DNA from: Acidobacteriaceae bacterium
GTDB lineage: Bacteria > Acidobacteriota > Terriglobia > Terriglobales > Acidobacteriaceae
NCBI GenBank assembly: GCA_036267395.1
Contig: DATAWD010000051.1
Coordinates: 872 to 64,871, forward strand
Length of the DNA: 64,000 nucleotides
Direction of reading: 5' to 3'
Of the stretch, positions 28,166-35,697 are shown piece after piece (position 1 is the first letter of the stretch; each line of letters opens with the position of its first letter). The position numbers and the translations under genes were made by a program. The notes beneath the pieces were generated by a model. It worked only from the letters and a program-made list of their open reading frames with translations, searched no databases and was not told the DNA's origin.

Positions 28166-28185
28166 GGGGAACGACAATGCCCATC

Positions 28186-29934
28186 CTACGGTGTTTTCGT
28201 TGTCAGCGTCTCCGCTTTTTGCCGCTCGCCTGCAGCTTCGGTCATGCGCCCCTGCTGCGCCAGCGCTGCCGCCAGTTGTCGGTGTGCCTCGGCATACTCC
28301 GGATCGCTCCCGATCGCATCCCGATAATCCGCGATCGCATCCGCTATCTGCCCCTTGCTCAGCAGCACATTGCCCGCATTCGTGGAAAAGACCGCACGCT
28401 GACGGTTCACCGCCACCCGCGTCAGCGTCGCCGCCTGCTTCCGCTCTGCTATGGCTTCAGCCGTCTTCCCCTGTTCCTGGAGAACGCCGGCCAGCGTGAT
28501 ATGCGGACCCGGCTGCTGCGGAAGCAGCTCAATTGCCTTCCGCAAGGCTTCCGCTGCTTCGTCGTATTTGCCCTCTTGCCGATAAATGCTGCCCAGCGTC
28601 GACCACCCATCGCCGTTCTCCGGGCGAACTGCCAGGGCTGCGCGCAGGTTCTTCACCGCCTCGTCGAACCGCCCCGCCTGCATGTACAGGATGCCCAGAG
28701 TGTACGGCGCGTCCGGCGAATCCGGCGCGATCCTGATCGTTGTCTCCAGCTCGCGAATCGCATCCGGCAAATCGTCCTTGAGCTTGTAGGCCAGGCCGAG
28801 GTCGTAGTGCAGCAGCGAGTTCTCCGACGCAATCTTCAGCCCCGCCTGCAGCTGCACAATCGCGTCGTCGACGTCGCTTTCCTGTAGATAGGCAGCTCCC
28901 AGATCCAGATACACCGACGAATTCTGCGGATCCAGCCCCATCGCTCGCTGATACAGCGGAATCGCTTCTTTCGCCTTCCCTGTCTGTACCAGCGCCAGAC
29001 CCAGATTAATCAGCGGCTCCGCCTCCGTAGGACGAGCCGCCGCCACCTTCTGAAACAGGGGCAGTGCATCCCCCGACCGTCCCACCCGCTGCAGCCCCAA
29101 AGCCAGTTGGTACTCCGCGTTAGTGTCCCCGGGATTGAGCGCCATCGCCTGTTGATAATGCGGGATGGCATCCCCATCGTCCCCGCTTGCCGTCAGAACA
29201 TTGCCCCATTCGTACTGCACCGCCGCATTGCGGGGATCCAGCTCCGCTGCCCGGCTCATCTCCGCTGCAGCGCGCACCGGCTGCTGCTCATGGCTCAGCA
29301 CCACTCCGAGATGCATATGCGCCGACACCAGATGGGGATCGATTTGCAGAGCGGCACTGAAAGCAGCGTCCGCCGCTCCCCACTCCTCCTTCTGCGCCTC
29401 TAGTGAGCCGAGCTGATCCAGCAGCAGCGCATTGCCCGGATCCGCCGCTGCCGCGCGGTGCATCACGTCGATTGCCGCATCGGTTTGTGATGTTGCCGCC
29501 AGATCGCGGGCCCACAAGGCCAGCATCTCTGCATCCAGCGGAGAATCGTGATCCATCCGTTCCAGCAAAGCCGCGCCCTGCTGTGCCGATCCCGCCTGGC
29601 TGTACGCTCGGGCCAGGTCCTCCTCGACTGCGCGATCGTCAGGCTTCAGCCGCAGGGCCGTCTCCAGTTCCGCGATCGCGCCTTCAAAATCTCGCTGCGC
29701 ATACAGCACCACCCCCAGCGCCGCATGACCCTCTTCAATATCGGGCGCCAGCTTCACCGCTTCGCTGAATTGCGCTCGCGCCGTCTTCAGGTCTCCCTGA
29801 GCGTAAGCCGCGCTTCCCGCGCGAAACGCCGCACTGGCCTCTTCGATTGGCTTTTTCTGGGCCGCGCACACCGCGCATCCGGCGAGCAGCCAGACGCTTA
29901 CCGCCATACGCCATCGATCTGAAGTCAGACCCAT
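28186..29934 (-). CDS. Exported tetratricopeptide-repeat protein (possible lipoprotein)
   Basis: About 580 aa. N-terminal MAVSVWLLAGCAVCAAQ. More than 12 consecutive 34-aa TPR units (..AIPLYQRAMGLDPQNSSVYLDLGAAYL..). Confidence 0.85.
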   Translation of the reverse strand: MGLTSDRWRMAVSVWLLAGCAVCAAQKKPIEEASAAFRAGSAAYAQGDLKTARAQFSEAVKLAPDIEEGHAALGVVLYAQRDFEGAIAELETALRLKPDDRAVEEDLARAYSQAGSAQQGAALLERMDHDSPLDAEMLALWARDLAATSQTDAAIDVMHRAAAADPGNALLLDQLGSLEAQKEEWGAADAAFSAALQIDPHLVSAHMHLGVVLSHEQQPVRAAAEMSRAAELDPRNAAVQYEWGNVLTASGDDGDAIPHYQQAMALNPGDTNAEYQLALGLQRVGRSGDALPLFQKVAAARPTEAEPLINLGLALVQTGKAKEAIPLYQRAMGLDPQNSSVYLDLGAAYLQESDVDDAIVQLQAGLKIASENSLLHYDLGLAYKLKDDLPDAIRELETTIRIAPDSPDAPYTLGILYMQAGRFDEAVKNLRAALAVRPENGDGWSTLGSIYRQEGKYDEAAEALRKAIELLPQQPGPHITLAGVLQEQGKTAEAIAERKQAATLTRVAVNRQRAVFSTNAGNVLLSKGQIADAIADYRDAIGSDPEYAEAHRQLAAALAQQGRMTEAAGERQKAETLTTKTP

Positions 29935-29948
29935 CACCCGCAGTTCCG

Positions 29949-30974
29949 CTAATGCTGCGAGGAGGCCGCTCCGGTCGCCCCCTGCATTTTCTCGACGATT
30001 TGAAATTCCCGCTGAGCCTCGTCTTTCCGTCCGCTCACCGCAAACGCCCGCCCCAGCAGCATATGGGTCATCGGATTCGATGGATCCATTGCCTCAGCAT
30101 GCTTCAGATACAGTGCCGCCATCACGGGATCGTGCTGCTCCAGCATCGTCTTGCCCAGCAGGATATACGGCCCGCTGGCATCCGGCTCCAGCAGCACCGC
30201 GCGATCCAGCGCCTGCTGTGCTCGATCCAGCTGTCCCTGGCGCAAATACGCGTCGCCCATCCGATTGTAGGTCTCGCCATCCAGCGGATTCACCTTTTGC
30301 TCCTGTTCCAGTTCCGCGATCGCTCCCGGCACGTCGCCCTTCGCCAATGCGATCTCCCCCAGCAGCCGATGCGCGAGCGGAAGACGCGGATCCAGAGTCA
30401 GCGCTCGCTGCGCCGCCGTCGTCGCCTGTGCCGTCAGTTCCTGACGGAACAGCATGCGCCCGCTGAACAGCCAGGCGGCCGCCGAATCCGGCGCAAAGCC
30501 ATATTGCGCCGCGAACGCGTGCCGCGCATCGTCGTACCGGCCCGTCGCAATGTAGCACAGCGCCAGCACGTAATTCGGATCCGCATTCGCGATCGGCGCC
30601 GACGAATGCGCCTTCTCCAGAATCGGAATCGCCTTCTCCGGCAGATTCATCCGAAACAGTACAATCCCCCGCATCTGCATCGATTGCAGATCCGAAGGAT
30701 CCTGCTCCACCGCGCGGGTGAAGTCGCCTTCCGCCTCGGCCATGTGGTTCTGCTGGTAATCCACGATGCCCCGCAGCCGCTCCACCCCCGCCGCTTCGGG
30801 ATGCTCCGCCGCCAGCGCATCCAGCTCGCGCAGCGCATCGTCCAGTTTTCCCTGGGCCACCAGGTCCCGGGCGCTGGCCACGCTCGCGCTGCCGCTTGTC
30901 GGAGGATTTTGGGCCGGAACCCCCGCGGTCAGCACCGCTAAGGCAACGACTGAGAGCCAGGCACACCAACGCAT
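29949..30974 (-). CDS. Exported tetratricopeptide-repeat protein
   Basis: 341 aa. Signal peptide MRWCAWLSVVALAVLTAGVPAQ, with TPR units throughout. Confidence 0.85.
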   Translation of the reverse strand: MRWCAWLSVVALAVLTAGVPAQNPPTSGSASVASARDLVAQGKLDDALRELDALAAEHPEAAGVERLRGIVDYQQNHMAEAEGDFTRAVEQDPSDLQSMQMRGIVLFRMNLPEKAIPILEKAHSSAPIANADPNYVLALCYIATGRYDDARHAFAAQYGFAPDSAAAWLFSGRMLFRQELTAQATTAAQRALTLDPRLPLAHRLLGEIALAKGDVPGAIAELEQEQKVNPLDGETYNRMGDAYLRQGQLDRAQQALDRAVLLEPDASGPYILLGKTMLEQHDPVMAALYLKHAEAMDPSNPMTHMLLGRAFAVSGRKDEAQREFQIVEKMQGATGAASSQH

Positions 30975-31048
30975 GATGCCGGAAGTCTACTCCACAAAAG
31001 CAAACGGAGGAGAGCTGGGCTCTCCTCCGTGTTGGAGGTTGAGACAGG

Positions 31049-34000
31049 TTAGAACTGCATGCGTAGCGAGAACTGCAGCTGCCGCGGGTTCGTGTAAATC
31101 CCCAGCGCCGGTTCTCCCGTGATGTTCCCGTCTGACCCGGTATTCGTCGACGACGGATTGCCCGCATTGATGTGGTTGAATGCGTTGAAAGCGTCGAGTC
31201 GGAACTGCGCCGTCAGACTTTCACGTATCGGGAAATTCTTCGCCAGCGAAAGATCCGTGTTGAAGTATCCCGGCCCCATGAAGCTGTTCCTGCCGATGTT
31301 TCCGATCGTATCCAGCGGCGCTTCCGTATACGAGGTGGTGTCGGCAGCTTTGAAAAACGTCCGGCTGTGCGTCTGCGCATTAAACCCGGACAGGCTCGTG
31401 TGCAGCGCGCTCCGCTTGCCCTCCGGATAACACGGTGCGCTTCCCGGTACCGAGTCGCCGCAACCCGATCCCAGACCCAGCGACCACGGCAGTCCGTTGG
31501 ACCAGTTCAGCACCGGACTCAGCTGCCATCCGCCGATGATCTCGTCCTCCCACTTCGTCGCATTGCCGGCAATCATCTGGTTCTTGCCAAAGGGCAGCTG
31601 ATACAGCCCAAAGATCACCAGTTGCTGCGTGCGCAGAGAATCGTCCGGCCCGTAGCCGGCCTGTTTGCTCCACGTCGCATATCCGCCGTTGTAGTTGAAC
31701 GAACGCTGCCACGCATACTGGACGTTGCCTGACAACCCATGGGTGTACTGCTTCGCCAGCGTCACATCCAGCGCGTCGAAGCTGGTGTTCTGGTCGTCCC
31801 CGTCAAACTGGATCCCCTGCGTCCACCCGCACATGCCGGGCGTAATCATCGCCTCGTTCTGAGCCATGAGTGCCGCTTCATAGCCTGGATCCGTACAGGC
31901 TGTCGTCCCACCGCCATAGAACCGCGACAGGAAGTTATTCGTCGAAGTTCCTCCGTCCGCCGCAATCACGCCACCCGCAACGCTTCCGTCGTAGTGCAGC
32001 GGAGCTCCGTTCACGCTGTATTGCTGCGGCAGAAAGATACCTGCCTCGTTCGGGTTCGTGCTGTTCCCGTCGCCGTTGCTCAGGGTATGCGTTCCCTTGT
32101 TCCCGATGTAAGCCGCCGTCAGCGACAGCGTCGGCGTCAGCGCCCGCTGCACGCTCAGGTTCCAGGCGTCCAGCGTTGGCAGCCGCAGGCTGTTCGGCCG
32201 TGCCTTCGGACCCACCGCGTATCCGGGCGTCGCCAGCAGACCATCCGATGGCACCGTCGGGAACTGATAGGCCGGCGGTCCCGCCGCCAGCGAAAACGCG
32301 CTCCCTGTCGTGGTCGCGGCCGTCAGTGACTGGTTGGCCAGCACCGGCAGGTTCTGTGTCACCGTATGTCCGAAGATCGATCCGAAGACTCCCATATCGA
32401 AGCTTCGCCCGTAGCCCGCGCGCACCACCGTTTTCGAGTTCAGCGACCAGGCAATGCCCATTCGCGGGTTCCACCCGTTGGTGTTCATGTCCCATCCCAT
32501 GTTGGTCGGGATGCTGCCGTATCCGGCGACGCGCAGATACCCATCCGTGCTGTATCCGTTGACGCCGTCGTTCATCTCCATCAGCGATCCGTTGCCTTTG
32601 CCGTTCACTGACTCCGGGAAATACATCTCGTACCGAAGGCCGTAGTTCACCGTCAGAGAAGGTGTCGGGTGCCACGTGTCCTGCGCGTAGAAGAAGTCCC
32701 TCTTCTGGAACTCCTTCGCATTCGTGGAAACGCTCACGTACCGGTTAAAGCTGGTTACATCGCCCAGCAGGAAACTGGCCATGCCCAGGCCGCCTGTGGC
32801 TCCGTTGTCTGAGGTTGGCCCTGGAGCAAAGTTCAGCAGGCCGGTCCGGTCGTTGTCGCTGGGCACCCGCAGGTTGCGCGCGTACCGCACGTCCACTCCG
32901 AACTTGAAGGCGTGGTTCCCTTCGATCCGGGTCCAGTTGTTCACGATCTGGAACTGATCCTCGCGCTCCGTCAGCGGGCAGTTGCAGCGCGTGATGTTCA
33001 GTCCCGAACCATACTCCGCTCCGCCGCCCGTCGGGTTGCTTACACCCTCGTTGCCGGATCGGTCCGCGTCACCCACGTTGAACCCAGGCGCGCCGCTCGT
33101 GAAGCTGTCTCCCAGGTTCATCCCCGGAATGCCCAGCTGGTTGGCGAACTGCGTGCTCTGGTCGTACTTCTGGTCGCCGATGTTGTACCGGTAGTAGCCG
33201 ATCCGCCAGTCCATCAGCAGCTTGGGATTGATCGCGATGTCCATCCCGGCCGCCAGACTGTCGTTCGCGCCCTGTGAGACGCCACCGTATCCGCCGATGC
33301 CGAAGCCCGGGCCGCCCGCCGCTCCAAAGATTGTCGAGCCCGACAGCGTGTCCGTGAACCGGCTGAACCGCGTGAAGGCGTGCATGCCGCTTGTAATCTG
33401 GTCATCCACGCGTACGTCCCACTGGTTATTGTTAAACAGCCCTGTGCCGCTGGCCGAATAGTTGTTCTTCAGGCCCGCGAGGTTGTTCGCGCCCACCGTG
33501 CCCCCGCTGTTCGGAGCATAAGGAGCCAGCAGCTTCAGCAGGGCCAGCGCCTGCGGCGAAAGCTGCGCCGTCGGAATCACGTTGCCCGGGTACGCCACGG
33601 ATCCGCCCGGCGTCTGCTGATAGATAAGCGGCGTATTGGGGTTGCCGGTGATCCCCAGCGCGTATTCGCTGAAGTCGCAGCCCGCAATCCCGTTGCTTGC
33701 TGTCGCCGTGCCCAGACAGGTCGAAACCAGATGCGCCGTCGGAACCGACGCCGTCTCCGCTGTGCCGACCTTCTGCCGCACGCCCTGGTAGTCGCCGAAG
33801 AAGAACAGCTTGTCCTTCAGAATCGGCCCCCCGATCGATCCGCCAAACTGGTTCTTCAGCCCTGGGGGAAAGATCGTGCCCGGGAACTGCGTGTAGGGAT
33901 CGCGTCCCAGATTCGCGCTGCTCTCCCGATAATCAAAAACGCTGCCGTGGAAGTTGTTCGATCCCGACTTGGTCTGCACCGAGATGAACGACGAAACCGC

Positions 34001-34708
34001 CTTCCCAAACTCTGCGTCGTAGTTCTGCGTGGTGATCTTCGCCTCGGAAATCGCGTCCAGCGGCGGGTTGATCACGATAATTCCAAGAATCGGATCCTGG
34101 TTGTCCGTGCCGTCCAGCTGATACGCCACACCGCCGAATGCCTGCCCGTCCACCTGGATCTGCTTGCTGGCCTGCGGGTTCTCATCCGCCGCATGGCTCC
34201 AGCCCAGCGACTGCGCGCCCGGCAGCAGCAGCTGCATGTTCGTGAAGTTCCGATCCGGAATCGGCATGTTCTCGATCTGCTTGGTCGTGAACTCGACCGC
34301 CACGTCGGCCCGGTCCGTCTTCAGCTCCGGAATGTCGTTCGCGCTCACCGTGATGGTCGTCGACGCGTTGCCCGTCTTCAGGGACGCGTCGATCTTCGGC
34401 GAACTGTCGGCCGCCACCGGCACGCCATCCGCTTCAAACGACTGGAAGCCGCTGGCTTCCACTTTCACGTTGTAAGTGTCGGGAATCAGGTGCTCGGCTG
34501 TGTATTCGCCGGACGCGTTCGACTGAACTTTAACTGAGGTGTTCTTGGAGACGTCGGTGATCGTAACCGTCGCGTTCGGAACTACGGCGCCGCTTGGGTC
34601 CGTTACCGTTCCGTAGATAGAACCATAGACCGCCTGTGCATGAGACAGGCTGGAAAAACACAAAGCAATGGCCAAGCCAAAGGCTGGCAGCAGCCTCGTC
34701 AATCGCAT
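31049..34708 (-). CDS. TonB-dependent outer-membrane receptor with N-terminal carboxypeptidase-regulatory-like domain
   Basis: 1219 aa with a signal peptide. Then AVYGSIYGTVTDPSGAVVPNATVTITD (CarboxypepD_reg), a plug region and a long beta-barrel ending ..QLQFSLRMQF. GGGAGGA lies 5 nt upstream of the ATG. Confidence 0.92.
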   Translation of the reverse strand: MRLTRLLPAFGLAIALCFSSLSHAQAVYGSIYGTVTDPSGAVVPNATVTITDVSKNTSVKVQSNASGEYTAEHLIPDTYNVKVEASGFQSFEADGVPVAADSSPKIDASLKTGNASTTITVSANDIPELKTDRADVAVEFTTKQIENMPIPDRNFTNMQLLLPGAQSLGWSHAADENPQASKQIQVDGQAFGGVAYQLDGTDNQDPILGIIVINPPLDAISEAKITTQNYDAEFGKAVSSFISVQTKSGSNNFHGSVFDYRESSANLGRDPYTQFPGTIFPPGLKNQFGGSIGGPILKDKLFFFGDYQGVRQKVGTAETASVPTAHLVSTCLGTATASNGIAGCDFSEYALGITGNPNTPLIYQQTPGGSVAYPGNVIPTAQLSPQALALLKLLAPYAPNSGGTVGANNLAGLKNNYSASGTGLFNNNQWDVRVDDQITSGMHAFTRFSRFTDTLSGSTIFGAAGGPGFGIGGYGGVSQGANDSLAAGMDIAINPKLLMDWRIGYYRYNIGDQKYDQSTQFANQLGIPGMNLGDSFTSGAPGFNVGDADRSGNEGVSNPTGGGAEYGSGLNITRCNCPLTEREDQFQIVNNWTRIEGNHAFKFGVDVRYARNLRVPSDNDRTGLLNFAPGPTSDNGATGGLGMASFLLGDVTSFNRYVSVSTNAKEFQKRDFFYAQDTWHPTPSLTVNYGLRYEMYFPESVNGKGNGSLMEMNDGVNGYSTDGYLRVAGYGSIPTNMGWDMNTNGWNPRMGIAWSLNSKTVVRAGYGRSFDMGVFGSIFGHTVTQNLPVLANQSLTAATTTGSAFSLAAGPPAYQFPTVPSDGLLATPGYAVGPKARPNSLRLPTLDAWNLSVQRALTPTLSLTAAYIGNKGTHTLSNGDGNSTNPNEAGIFLPQQYSVNGAPLHYDGSVAGGVIAADGGTSTNNFLSRFYGGGTTACTDPGYEAALMAQNEAMITPGMCGWTQGIQFDGDDQNTSFDALDVTLAKQYTHGLSGNVQYAWQRSFNYNGGYATWSKQAGYGPDDSLRTQQLVIFGLYQLPFGKNQMIAGNATKWEDEIIGGWQLSPVLNWSNGLPWSLGLGSGCGDSVPGSAPCYPEGKRSALHTSLSGFNAQTHSRTFFKAADTTSYTEAPLDTIGNIGRNSFMGPGYFNTDLSLAKNFPIRESLTAQFRLDAFNAFNHINAGNPSSTNTGSDGNITGEPALGIYTNPRQLQFSLRMQF

Positions 34709-35076
34709 AACCGTCCTCCCGAAAAAAGTTACAGCTCTCTTAGTGCGCTTCCTGTACCGCGGTCAGGAGCGTCATCGGTTTACATTCCACAGAGAATTAA
34801 GCCCGAGATAGGGAGATGACCGACTGCTTGCCCGTATCGACAGCCCGGGACACATCTCGTAAAGAATCCAGATCGAGCCCATCTACTGCGGTGAAGGTGA
34901 CTTGCAGAGCCGCTGAGGAAGCTGGGAAGGCCCTGCGCATCGGTACGTCAGTACTTCTGGTTCTCCGGACTGTAGGCAACCGAGTGGTCGTTTGTCAAGG
35001 TGAGAACGAATCCCCGGCTCCCGCAAATTCTTTCGATCGACACTTAACGAGGTTTATCCTCTACTAAATCGATTTC

Positions 35077-35697
35077 ATGCCCCTGTTGCACTTTATGCTA
35101 CCCATGGTAAGGTTCAAGTCGATGTTTTGTCGTCTTCTCGCTACCGCGTTCCTCGCCCTTCCCGTCCTTGCCTTCGCCGCCCAGCCCTTCGGCACCGACC
35201 TCCACGGCCAACCCCTCGATCGCCTCGCGCCACCCGGCACCAAAGCCGTCGTTCTCTTCTTCGCCGCATCGGACTGCCCCATCTCCAATCGCTACATTCC
35301 TGAAATCGAGCGCCTGCAGCGCGCCTACGTCACCGACGGCGTCCGCTTCCTCTGGGTCTATCCCAATCCCGCTGATACCGCGCCTGTCGTGCGCGCGCAC
35401 GACCAGCAATTCAGCATCTCCGCTGATGCCGTCCTCGATGTGAACCAGCGCCTGACCGCCCTGGCTCATGCCACCATCACGCCCGAAGTTGCCATCCTGG
35501 TGCCTGCTGCCTCCGGCTGGCGCGAGGTCTATCGCGGCCGTATCGACGACCGTTACATCGCCCTCGGGCAGGAACGTCCCCACGCCATGAAGCACGATCT
35601 TGAGCTCGCCATTCGCGCCGTCCTTGCAGACCAGCGTGTGCCCGGGCCCGGAGGCCCCACCGTCGGTTGCTCCATCGTGCCCCGCAACGAGCAATGA
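35077..35697 (+). CDS. Exported thioredoxin-fold (redoxin/AhpC-TSA-like) protein with single-Cys CPIS motif
   Basis: 206 aa from ATG 35077 (alternative ATG 35122 gives MFCRLLATAFLALPVLAFAAQ). Has KAVVLFFAASDCPISNRYIPEIERL, and then TPEVAILVP..GWREVYRGRIDD follows the thioredoxin-fold pattern. Confidence 0.75.
   Translation: MPLLHFMLPMVRFKSMFCRLLATAFLALPVLAFAAQPFGTDLHGQPLDRLAPPGTKAVVLFFAASDCPISNRYIPEIERLQRAYVTDGVRFLWVYPNPADTAPVVRAHDQQFSISADAVLDVNQRLTALAHATITPEVAILVPAASGWREVYRGRIDDRYIALGQERPHAMKHDLELAIRAVLADQRVPGPGGPTVGCSIVPRNEQ

Noticed and set aside
26354-28327. 657-aa ORF antisense to the CRTAC1-like gene
   Set aside because: It is Arg/His/Gln/Pro-rich with no recognisable domain. The minus frame shows six FG-GAP Ca-binding motifs and the UnbV hallmark.
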